A stretch of DNA of 64,000 nucleotides from a virus, in the IMG/VR virus record IMGVR_UViG_3300031952_000004, positions 1-64,000 of that record; one strand, 5' to 3'. Under the pieces are notes generated by a model that saw only the letters and a program-made list of their open reading frames with translations, made no database searches and was not told the origin of the DNA. Position 1 is the stretch's first letter, and every line of letters starts with the position of its first letter. The translations under genes and the position numbers were made by a program. This document shows, in pieces, positions 23,210-32,115 of the stretch.

Positions 23210-23879
23210 TTTGACCTCTTTTTTATAAGTTATTGTTATTATTAAAGTTATGATTATTCATTCTTGAAAAATTTATTTTCCCGGGCATGGAGACAAAAAT
23301 AAAAATTTTTTTAAGCATCTGACCGGGCACAGAAAAAAATTTAATTTTCCAGAAGTTAGTTCTGGTCATTTTTAACCTCTTTTTTCGGTTCGCACTTCTC
23401 ACAAACCCCCTGCCAAACTCCCTTATTAACTTCTACTACCTCTTTAAAGGGTCTTTCTTTACAAATATCACATACAATTATCCTGTTTTCCATTTTAAAT
23501 AGGTTAGTCATTTTTATTTCCCTTCTAAATAATCGCCTATCCACCATTTAGAAAAATAGTTATTTAATCCAAGAAAAATTTTTAATCCTGTCTTATACCA
23601 TAAATAATTAACTAAACAATGTAATTTATATCCTATTTTTGCTTTAAATTTCATTTTTCCGGTCTCCCGGTCGGATAAAATAAAATTATCTAATTAAACT
23701 CAATACTGCTGACTTATCTTGTTCACCTAATCCAATTAAAACATCTGCTACTGCGTCAAGTTCAAAATCGTAATACTCGCAATTATCGTATCTTGACAAA
23801 ATATCTGTGGTCAAAACTTCGTTCACTTTCCTTGCCAATAATCTTTTTTTTGCGTCGGTCATCATCTTTTACTCCTTTT

Positions 23880-24233
23880 TTATGCTACAATTTCAAACAT
23901 TTTACTACATTTACTACACTCTAAATGATAATTTCTTGTAATTAAATCTATTATATCAAACCCATTATTGATAATATTTGCACTACAACATTCACTTTTT
24001 AATTTCTCAATTTCCCATTCGCCATATTGTAATAAATATTCTAATTGTTTTTCTGTGGTATCTATTTTCCAAAATTTAAAATAATCCCATATACTTAATT
24101 CATTATCTTTATCATCTGTTCCTACAAAATCAATATCGTGATAATCTGCTAATTCTTCTACTATATCTTCCAAAGTTTCAAATATCCTATTTTCTTTCGT
24201 GCCTACACCTTGCAAATCAATTATTTTATACAT
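23880..24233 (-). CDS. Hypothetical acidic protein with C-terminal zinc ribbon
   Basis: SECC...CSKC. Confidence 0.6.
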   Translation of the reverse strand: MYKIIDLQGVGTKENRIFETLEDIVEELADYHDIDFVGTDDKDNELSIWDYFKFWKIDTTEKQLEYLLQYGEWEIEKLKSECCSANIINNGFDIIDLITRNYHLECSKCSKMFEIVA

Positions 24234-24559
24234 ATTTTTTCCCCTTTTTTATTGTTAATAAATAAAAAACATATTCCAAAAAATCTATATCCTACTGCAT
24301 TAAATTTTGTCGCTATCCATTTATGATAAAACCAATTACCTGCGGAATGTTTCAGAGAAGTAAAATATATATTTATTTCATAACATAACCACTTAATTAC
24401 TATCATTTTATCCCCCTTCAATATATTTTATTGCCTTTTTTATAATATAACATCTTTTTTATCTTTACCTGCAAAAACTCTAAAACATTTATCTATAAAT
24501 TTTATTTCTTTTTTTGTTAAAGTTTTTAGTTTTGTTTTTTTCATTTTAAATTACCCCCT

Positions 24560-25150
24560 TTACAATGTTAATATCAATTTCTTTTGTTTAGTTTCGCCTC
24601 TTAAATAATCGGCTAAAAATTGTATGCCAATTTCTGCAATTATCCTATTACCACATTGTATATGTCTTTCTTCTATATCCTCATTCCTTTGACAACCGCC
24701 CTTTTGTCCATTATCTTTAGTTAATTCAAGGTATTCTATATCATCTTTTTGTGTTAAATAGGCAAATATTGTCTTTCCACTTGCCCTTAAATCTAAAAAT
24801 GGTCTCCCGGCCTCGTAAATAATTTTTCGCACTTCGTTATTGTCGGCACAAATAATAATAAAATCATACTCGGCTATCTGTTCGGCTAATTCTATTTTAA
24901 TATTTATTGCTTTATATCCTGTTCTATCTGCCAAAACTTCGGCTTTATTTCTATCTAAATCTTCTATTTCAAAATTTTGGTAAAGTAAATTTTTTTCCTC
25001 TACTTTATCATAATCTATAATATCAATAGCCATAGGATTAACTCTATTAAGCCCGATTAAATCTCTTTTTATCATTTCGGATAAACTTCGGATAAAATAA
25101 CTACCAATACCCCCACACCCTATTACTGCTATTTTTAAATTATCTTTCAT
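24560..25150 (-). CDS. ThiF/MoeB/E1-family adenylyltransferase (Ubl-activating enzyme-like)
   Basis: VIGCGGIGS, DYDKVEEKNLLYQ, NKAEVLA, ICADN..VR, LDLR; no CxxC Zn pairs; candidate Cys in GGCQ; ATG 25150 with AAGGAG SD. Confidence 0.9.
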   Translation of the reverse strand: MKDNLKIAVIGCGGIGSYFIRSLSEMIKRDLIGLNRVNPMAIDIIDYDKVEEKNLLYQNFEIEDLDRNKAEVLADRTGYKAINIKIELAEQIAEYDFIIICADNNEVRKIIYEAGRPFLDLRASGKTIFAYLTQKDDIEYLELTKDNGQKGGCQRNEDIEERHIQCGNRIIAEIGIQFLADYLRGETKQKKLILTL

Positions 25151-25280
25151 TTTCAAACTCCTTTATCGCTTCTTTTAATAATCTTTCAATTTCAGGAATG
25201 GAGTTTAAATTTTGTTTACCCATTCTAAAAAGTAACCAATTTTTTGCGTATTTATATAATTTTGTTTTTTCTATTTTCAT
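25140..25280 (-). CDS. 46-aa ORF overlapping the E1 start
   Basis: Hand translation MKIEKTKLYKYAKNWLLFRMGKQNLNSIPEIERLLKEAIKEFENER. Confidence 0.55.
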   Translation of the reverse strand: MKIEKTKLYKYAKNWLLFRMGKQNLNSIPEIERLLKEAIKEFENER

Positions 25281-25311
25281 TTTTAATTCCTTTAATTTTT
25301 TATGAAGCCAA

Positions 25312-25371
25312 GAGTGGAGTTTAACTTTTATGGTAACTCCACCCTTTAGGTCAACCTAAATCGGAGTTACC
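25312..25371 (-). promoter_or_regulatory. Mutually exclusive RNA hairpins just after the Ubl stop codon
   Basis: GGUAACUCC/GGAGUUACC enclosing UUUAGG/CCUAAA competes with GGGUGGAGUU/AACUCCACUC. Confidence 0.55.
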
Positions 25372-25568
25372 TAACCACCTATCAAACTATCCGTTATTAC
25401 GATTTCTCTCGGCAATTCGGTAATTCCGTCAAGCGTAACTTCATTGACGAATTTTCCGTCTGCAAAAACAAACTTGTCCTTTAACTCCACTTTTGACTTT
25501 AACTCATCAATCGTGGCTACCTCTAATCTTGTATCCCCTGTTTCGTCTAATACGATTACCTTAATCAT
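25371..25568 (-). CDS. Ubiquitin-like (beta-grasp, ThiS/MoaD/SAMP-like) protein ending in Gly-Gly
   Basis: 65 aa, beta-beta-alpha pattern, VFADGK, terminal strand EIVITDSLIGG-stop; adjacent to E1. Confidence 0.8.
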   Translation of the reverse strand: MIKVIVLDETGDTRLEVATIDELKSKVELKDKFVFADGKFVNEVTLDGITELPREIVITDSLIGG

Positions 25569-25598
25569 TTTTACACCCCCTCTCTTTTACCTCTCTAC

Positions 25599-25637
25599 TA
25601 TAAGTATAACACACCTTTTGCTTTCCCGGAAGTCCTT
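25599..25637 (-). promoter_or_regulatory. Extended -10 promoter element, copy 1 (upstream of Ubl-E1)
   Basis: TGTTATACT extended -10; 35/39 identical to 27784-27822. Confidence 0.7.
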
Positions 25638-25801
25638 TACTCATCTAACTCGCCCCCGGCTAAAAAGAATAACTGCCTATATGCAATCCTCTCTTGATAA
25701 TTCCCTAACTTCTCAATGTTCAACCATATTGCCCTTGCCCCATACTCGCTTATCTTTTCCGTCATCTCATCAATACTGACAAACCTTTTTCCGTTTTCCA
25801 T
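25637..25801 (-). CDS. 54-aa hypothetical protein
   Basis: Hand translation MENGKRFVSIDEM...LFFLAGGELDE with AAGGGGG SD. Confidence 0.55.
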   Translation of the reverse strand: MENGKRFVSIDEMTEKISEYGARAIWLNIEKLGNYQERIAYRQLFFLAGGELDE

Positions 25802-25813
25802 TTTTACCCCCTT

Positions 25814-27484
25814 TTAATGTATTGTACTAATTTCTTCTCGGAGATTTCCGTCGTTCATCATAACCATACAAAATTGAAGTAATTTATCGTATTTGCAAAG
25901 ATAACTTCCCTCTTTTGTCTTTTCGTTAATACAAATATAATCATTTCCCGGGAAAGTCCACACACCCACGTCATTATCATTTTTACGTTTTACAATATAG
26001 TTTTTTAATTTTCCCTTTACCACATAACCACCCTCTCTTATAAATACTCTTGTCTTATTTTTCTCTAAAAATTCATTAAATAACTGTTCGGCTCTCGCCT
26101 CTGCTAATCGTCTTTTTTCCACAAATCCCTTTATCTTATCAATTAAAATGTCCTCTAATTCTGCCCCGGCCTGTAAAGTATCACAAATACTACCAATTGC
26201 AGTTAAACCACCCCCACTTAAATATTTAAAACTATCTTTTACAGATTTATAATCTCTTTTTACCCTAAAATTATCTATACTAATTTCCCAATGGTCTTTA
26301 TCCTCTGCTTTTATGTTAAAATGTATAGGTATAGTCGTTCCGTCTAATCTTATTTCTATGGTCTTTCCGGATAATAATTCTAATTGCGTTCCGCTAAATA
26401 ATCTAATTTTCTCTAAATAATTTTCTAAATTTTGTATTCTTTCTCTTAAAACAGTTTCGTCTATGTTGTTATAATATCCACCGCCGATAAACTCAATGGC
26501 TTTATTCATTTTTTGTATCGGCATTTTTACGTCATTTATTTTAAATCTTAATTTACCTTTATCATTATGATTATTTTCTATTTTAATCTCTTTTAAAAAA
26601 GTTTCTACTTTCGTTTCTTTATCATAAGAATAAATCTTAAAATTCAACCATTTTTTATTACAGTTTTCTGTTAATTTCTTATCTATCGGGGTTTCGTATT
26701 TTCCTACTCTATAAACTCCCTCTAATTTCTGTAAAAAACTTCTATAATCTAACTGAATAAATTTATTATTATAGTTATCTTCACTTACTAAATCATCTTT
26801 ATCAAAAAGTTTTACAACCTTATCTTTAAATTCTATCTTTAATCCTTTATTTTTATCAATAAAATAATTATCCTTAATTATTGTATCATTATCCTCTAAT
26901 AAAGTCATTTTATCATATTGATTAACTAATGCTTTAAATCTTTCTCGTTCCTGTATATCTTTTAGTTCCTCTGTTGTCTTTTCTTTATTCTCTAATTCTT
27001 TTCCCTCTACTTCTATCTCGGCTAATCTATTTTTAATTTTATCTAAATCCTCATTAAAAATTAAATAAATTTCTAACAAATCTATCTTGCCTAAAAGTTT
27101 AAAACTTAAATTTTCTTTATCCTCGTATCGTTCAAAATTTTTAATCTGTTTATCGGTTATAAGCATATCGTTATAAATATAAGATACTAAATTGTTATTC
27201 CTATAATAAGTCCTACCACCTTTTATACTAAACACCCGGCCAGTATCAAGATAATTATAAATTCCCTCGTCGCTTGATATAAAATACAAATAATTATCTA
27301 AATAAAATACTCTTGTGTTTCCGTCAAATTGAAATACATTTAATTTATGGCTATCCTCTGTATCGGGTATTTGCCTATTCTCAAAAAATCCCGGTTCTAA
27401 AATCTGTTTACCAAATTCTACCTTTTGCCATATTCTTAAATAAGTTTCGTCATTTTGTTTTTCTATATGGTATCGTTTAAACAT
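25814..27484 (-). CDS. Large protein with C-terminal Cys-containing domain; candidate Ubl partner (E2-like or target)
   Basis: 556-aa ORF; C-terminus VVKGKLKNYIV...NDYICI...DKLL..MMND; linked to Ubl/E1 by position and shared promoter. Confidence 0.5.
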   Translation of the reverse strand: MFKRYHIEKQNDETYLRIWQKVEFGKQILEPGFFENRQIPDTEDSHKLNVFQFDGNTRVFYLDNYLYFISSDEGIYNYLDTGRVFSIKGGRTYYRNNNLVSYIYNDMLITDKQIKNFERYEDKENLSFKLLGKIDLLEIYLIFNEDLDKIKNRLAEIEVEGKELENKEKTTEELKDIQERERFKALVNQYDKMTLLEDNDTIIKDNYFIDKNKGLKIEFKDKVVKLFDKDDLVSEDNYNNKFIQLDYRSFLQKLEGVYRVGKYETPIDKKLTENCNKKWLNFKIYSYDKETKVETFLKEIKIENNHNDKGKLRFKINDVKMPIQKMNKAIEFIGGGYYNNIDETVLRERIQNLENYLEKIRLFSGTQLELLSGKTIEIRLDGTTIPIHFNIKAEDKDHWEISIDNFRVKRDYKSVKDSFKYLSGGGLTAIGSICDTLQAGAELEDILIDKIKGFVEKRRLAEARAEQLFNEFLEKNKTRVFIREGGYVVKGKLKNYIVKRKNDNDVGVWTFPGNDYICINEKTKEGSYLCKYDKLLQFCMVMMNDGNLREEISTIH

Positions 27485-27770
27485 TTTTTATCTCTCTCTT
27501 TCGTTTAATTATATCTATATGTTTTTGAAGTTCTACCTCGCTAAACTTATTAAGATTAACAAGGTCTTTCGGAAAGTCCGGTTCTAATACTAATATCTCG
27601 GCTATTAGTTTTTCCTTACCCGGTTCTATTGTAGTAACTTCGGCTTTTTGCTTTTTAAGGTCTTTAATTTTATGCTCTAAATCTAACCTCTCTACACTTC
27701 CCGGCCTACATTGAAGTTTAAGTTTTCTTAACCGCCTTATCTCTGCTTTAATTTCTTTAGGTTCTGTCAT
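27477..27770 (-). CDS. Basic coiled-coil hypothetical protein
   Basis: ORF track; overlaps the start of the 556-aa gene. Confidence 0.65.
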   Translation of the reverse strand: MTEPKEIKAEIRRLRKLKLQCRPGSVERLDLEHKIKDLKKQKAEVTTIEPGKEKLIAEILVLEPDFPKDLVNLNKFSEVELQKHIDIIKRKREIKNV

Positions 27771-27783
27771 TTTTGCCTTTCAT

Positions 27784-27822
27784 TATAAGTATAACATATC
27801 TTTTGCTTTTCCGGTAGTCCTT
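27784..27822 (-). promoter_or_regulatory. Extended -10 promoter element, copy 2 (upstream of the 97-aa and 556-aa genes)
   Basis: Near-identical to 25599-25637. Confidence 0.7.
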
Positions 27823-27998
27823 ATTTACAATGCTCGGTTATAATTGCCACTTCGTCTTTATGTTCCCGGCCATAGCAACCACAATTTATTTCTGCTTTGT
27901 GTCCGCAATTCTGATATTTTCCGTCTTTTATCCAAACTTGTTTTTCATAATCATAACTTAACTTTGCTTTATCTTTACTATAATAATTCCGGCTCATT

Positions 27999-28323
27999 TT
28001 ACACCCCCTTATTTTCATATCCTTTTTCACCCCACAAGGTATCACCTCTATCATTTTTCAATGCTTTAAGATAAACTTTTTTGTAAATCGGCACTAATCC
28101 AAACCCGGTCAATAAATCTTTTTCTATTCGCTTAAAATTTTCATTATGTCCGTATGTTTTTGTAGTATCATAATTGATAGAATGTCCTAATTCGTGCAAA
28201 ACATAAGCCCTAAAATATTCTATACCCTCTAAATAAGCCCAAATAGGTATGCTAATTTTCCGGTTATCATAATAAGCAAATCCTCTTTGAATATCTTTTA
28301 CTCTAATTTTTATCGGCTCTCAT
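27999..28323 (-). pseudogene. SprT-like zinc metalloprotease with a +1 frameshift just after the start codon
   Basis: VLHELGH...GHNENFK motif; ATG 28323 (SD GCGAGG) frame stops after 6 codons; HEXXH frame is open from 28319. Confidence 0.65.
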
Positions 28324-28354
28324 TTTTATACCTCGCTTTTTAAATCCTAACTAA

Positions 28355-28383
28355 AGTATAGCACATAAATTACTAATTGTCAA
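28355..28383 (-). promoter_or_regulatory. sigma70-type early promoter
   Basis: TTGACA-17 bp-TATACT with TG extension. Confidence 0.85.
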
Positions 28384-28729
28384 ATTATTTATTACTATAT
28401 ATATCAATAACTTACAACATTATTTAAAAATAATTTTTTAATTTTTCCCGGTTAGATGCCAAAAATAAATTTCTATTTGCATAAAACAAATTAAAAATCC
28501 TATAACTGTCAATATATAAATAATCATTTTAATACCTTTTTTATACAAATAGTTCCAAATTTCGCACAATTATCTATATCTACTTCAAACCAATATAATA
28601 GGGGTAATGTCTTAAAATAATGTCTTTTATTACATAAATCACAAATATAATCTCCCTCAAATATACCTATAAATTTTAAGGGGTAATTATAACCTTTTAT
28701 TTTATAAAAATTCCCCATAACCAACTTAA

Positions 28730-29110
28730 TCATTTCCCGGCCTCTTGTTGATATAATTCTCGCCTTAATGTTTCGTGTTTATCCTCGCTTGAATTTAAAT
28801 ATATAGTTATAATCTGCTTATTTATTCCAATAACTAAAATTATATCAAGTCCTGTTTTATATGGTATTCTGTAACATATCTTAATCGGTTCGCCTATATC
28901 ATTTAAATAATATTCAAAAATCTGCCCGGCCTGTAAAGTTAATTCTTTAATATATAAGAGTAACCCCTCAAGGTCAATTACTCTAAATTTTAAATGGTCA
29001 AGACAATGCTCTGTATATTGCCAATTAAGGCAATTTAACCTTTCCGTAAATTCCCCCAACCGTTGCCAATGCCCCGGCTCTGTATATACTGCTTTGTGGT
29101 ATCTTAACAT
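28730..29110 (-). CDS. Hypothetical early protein, possible BECR/RelE-like ribonuclease fold
   Basis: YTEHCLD, IILVI, IITIYLN..D.H.TL pattern. Confidence 0.4.
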   Translation of the reverse strand: MLRYHKAVYTEPGHWQRLGEFTERLNCLNWQYTEHCLDHLKFRVIDLEGLLLYIKELTLQAGQIFEYYLNDIGEPIKICYRIPYKTGLDIILVIGINKQIITIYLNSSEDKHETLRRELYQQEAGK

Positions 29111-29812
29111 TTTAATTTTTACTCCTATAATATTATACCTTACCTTAAAATCTTTTAACCTTGCCCTTGCTACGCCCGGCTTTTAAATCGCTTTTAATTT
29201 TCCCATATCGCTATAACTAATTTTCCTATTCTAATATAAAACCCACCTAAAACTAAATGTTTAAAAAAACCATATCTTGATATTAAGGTTTTACTAATAG
29301 TTAGACTATACATTTTACACCCCCTTTTTTTTTATTATTTAACTACATACAAACCTATTTCCATATTGATAAACTTTACGCCCGGCCAGTATTTTGTCTG
29401 ATATACCTCTGTGTTTATCTATCCACTTGCGAATTTTAACCGCCCGGCTTAAAATTAATGCTCTTGTCAATTCTTTATTTTCTCTTAATACCTGCAATTC
29501 GGCTAATTTAAATATATTCATATATCCCCCTTTTGTTAGTTTATAGTTTTAATTACTTCTAAAAAATCGACTCTCTCTTGCCCGGAAAAATTATCTTTAA
29601 TAACTTTATTCAATACACTTTCAAATTCAAACCTTTCCCAAGTCCTATTGTAATAACAAACTTTAGTTTTCGCTATACTATACCCGGCTTTGTGCAACGT
29701 TGCTATATGTCTAAAACCGTATCTTGTGCTTTCCGAATTACAAACTATATTATACTCATTATTTAAATTAAATATACGCATTTTACACCCCCTTATTTTT
29801 AAAATTTTTGTT

Positions 29813-30022
29813 TTAATAATTCTTTGCTTTGTCTAATAGTTTCCCTTGCTTTGATATAAACTTATCCTGTATCAAAGCCCAAGCAGTCCGGCCATAACTC
29901 CCCTGTAATTGCCACGCCCGGCCTGTTTTTATCAAGTGACTAAATAGTTTTAATGTTTCCTTATCGTTTAACTCCCCGGCCTCGTATCTAATGATGTAGT
30001 CTAATTCGCTAAATTTTACCAT
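29813..30022 (-). CDS. Small early protein
   Basis: YEAGEL...LIKTG.AWQLQGSYGRTA. Confidence 0.7.
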   Translation of the reverse strand: MVKFSELDYIIRYEAGELNDKETLKLFSHLIKTGRAWQLQGSYGRTAWALIQDKFISKQGKLLDKAKNY

Positions 30023-30038
30023 AACACACCCCCTTTTT

Positions 30039-30683
30039 TTATAACTCTATTTCAGTATCTTCATTTAAATAAATCGCTGTTAATTTTTCCCGGTTATATC
30101 CTAAATTGTAGTCTATTGCTTTCAATAAATCTGCTTCACAATTGCCTATATCTATCCAACAATTAGCCCCCCAACTACCAAACCGGAAATTGCCTCTGGC
30201 GTAACTCTCTATATTCCACCTATGCCTGTCAATTTCAAACTCTATTTTGTATATATCGTAATTTATTATAATCCCGGTCAATTTATTTATTAGGGGATTA
30301 CTTATTTTGTGTTCTTTATATGCTTTTTGTCTAACTTCAAAATAGCACTCCCCACAATACTCGGAATTTTCAAAAGAATGTATATCATCATTGTAAATCA
30401 ATTCGCCACAATTTTCGCAAGAATAAAAATTCTCTGATATACAATTTTCACAGTATAAAGAATTGTCAATATTCTGTAAAATTGTAATTGAAAATTTATC
30501 CCGGCAATTTTCACATTCTTGGAAATATTCCTCATTATATTTTAAATCATTTATAAGAGTTAAAATTTTTATTTCAGTTAACTGTATCTTATTTCCAAAA
30601 CTTAATTGCCCCCTTGCTAACCGCCCGGCCAATTTATTTTCAAATTCGGTTATATTGCCCTTTTTTATTAGTTTATTTAACAT
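30039..30683 (-). CDS. Protein with repeated CxxC zinc ribbons
   Basis: CENC x3, CGEC. Confidence 0.65.
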   Translation of the reverse strand: MLNKLIKKGNITEFENKLAGRLARGQLSFGNKIQLTEIKILTLINDLKYNEEYFQECENCRDKFSITILQNIDNSLYCENCISENFYSCENCGELIYNDDIHSFENSEYCGECYFEVRQKAYKEHKISNPLINKLTGIIINYDIYKIEFEIDRHRWNIESYARGNFRFGSWGANCWIDIGNCEADLLKAIDYNLGYNREKLTAIYLNEDTEIEL

Positions 30684-30694
30684 TTTATCCCCCT

Positions 30695-30898
30695 TTATTT
30701 AACTATTTTTAAACCTAACTCCCGGCCTACATAGTTTATATGTTTTTGTGTAGTTATACTCCACCAACCTAATTGTTTCAATTCCCCTGTTTCATTGTCA
30801 ATAACTGCTACTTTTTTGTTATAGGAATAAACTTCATTCCCTATAACTTTTAAATTTTGCTTATATCTATCCATTTTTTTCACCCCCTTTCTTTTCAT
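30695..30898 (-). CDS. Small conserved early phage protein
   Basis: VYSY..VA.ID...WS.TT.KHIN pattern. Confidence 0.65.
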   Translation of the reverse strand: MKRKGVKKMDRYKQNLKVIGNEVYSYNKKVAVIDNETGELKQLGWWSITTQKHINYVGRELGLKIVK

Positions 30899-31389
30899 TT
30901 AAGATATACCCGGTTAACTGCCAAACCGTTCCCCCCTGCAAACCAAAAACTTGATAAAAATAAATCGGCTCTGAAAAATAATGATAATTATTTATCAATT
31001 CGCTAACTATTCCGTTTATATCATTACTTTTTAAATTTTTTATAACCTTTTTTGCCTGATATAGCATTTTTTTATCTCTTGATATAATCATCTTTATTCC
31101 CCCCCTTTTATGCTGATAAAACTTTAATTTCCTTTACTAACTGCCCGGCTTTAATTATATTCCTATATAAAAAATTTTCTCTATTACCTTGCTTAAAATA
31201 CTTTGTATTAGTTATAACTTTACAAGCAAAAGCCGGGTATCGCTTACTATTGCCTAAATAATAAAAATCATATATTATTACTTCTCTTGCTTCATTAAAT
31301 CCCTTTACTATAAATCGCTTTCCTATGAATTGTCTTTTTTTGTCTATCATTCTATCCTCGCTTTTTGTTTATTGTTTTTTAAATTCTAA

Positions 31390-31788
31390 TTAAAGTATAG
31401 CATATATTCCCGGCTTTGTCAATACCTTGCGTTGTTTTATTTTAGACGAATAAAATAAACATATCACTTTATAATTACTCAATGAATATATAACTCCCCT
31501 ATAATGTCTTTTGATATCTTTCAATGCTCTATCAATATCACGCCCGGCCTTGTCAATATACCTTGCTTTGTCTTTAGTTATATCGTATAATCTGCCCTGC
31601 TCAATTCCTATTATATAAATATATTTACTATTATTTAATAAAAATTCTGGCTTTGGCTTTGTATAATAAAAAGCCCTTGCTAATCCGGATATATTTTTAT
31701 CGTTGTTAGTATAATAATTCGTACCAAAAAAACTTGGCTCAATATATCCCTTAAAATCGGTATTACTATAATGATATAGTTTTATCAT
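31390..31788 (-). CDS. Possible ADP-ribosyltransferase-fold early protein
   Basis: LYHYS...P..FGT...RAFYY...PE..LYD..Y.GV.Y pattern. Confidence 0.4.
   Translation of the reverse strand: MIKLYHYSNTDFKGYIEPSFFGTNYYTNNDKNISGLARAFYYTKPKPEFLLNNSKYIYIIGIEQGRLYDITKDKARYIDKAGRDIDRALKDIKRHYRGVIYSLSNYKVICLFYSSKIKQRKVLTKPGIYAIL
31394..31422 (-). promoter_or_regulatory. sigma70-type early promoter
   Basis: TTGACA-17 bp-TATACT with TG extension; CCCGG site in the spacer. Confidence 0.8.
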
Positions 31789-31789
31789 T

Positions 31790-32104
31790 TTAATCGCCCT
31801 CTCTTAAAATTCCCTTGCTATAATATAATTGACTTTCCAATTCCCGGCCTTTTAAAAATTCTTTTAATAATATATCATCTAATCTATTACCTATATATTC
31901 CCAGCTATGCTTTAATAAATGTTTATTGTCTATACAGTCTAAAATATATAACTTGCCTTCTAAATATAGCCCAGCCTCTAATATATCAAGCGAATTATAT
32001 CCTTTACATCTTGCTAATTGATTATGATGTAAAACATTACTTTTATAATGCCTTAAAAAGCCCTTGCTATTCTTTATTATAATATACTTTGTTTCCTTAT
32101 TCAT
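31790..32104 (-). CDS. Hypothetical early protein
   Basis: ORF track. Confidence 0.6.
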   Translation of the reverse strand: MNKETKYIIIKNSKGFLRHYKSNVLHHNQLARCKGYNSLDILEAGLYLEGKLYILDCIDNKHLLKHSWEYIGNRLDDILLKEFLKGRELESQLYYSKGILREGD

Positions 32105-32115
32105 TGTAGCACCCT

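Noticed and set aside
24560-25568. Ordinary thiamine or molybdopterin biosynthesis (thiF-thiS, moeB-moaD)
   Set aside because: No thiG, moaE or sulfur-donor genes nearby, the E1 lacks the Zn CxxC pairs, and the context is phage early genes; not fully excluded
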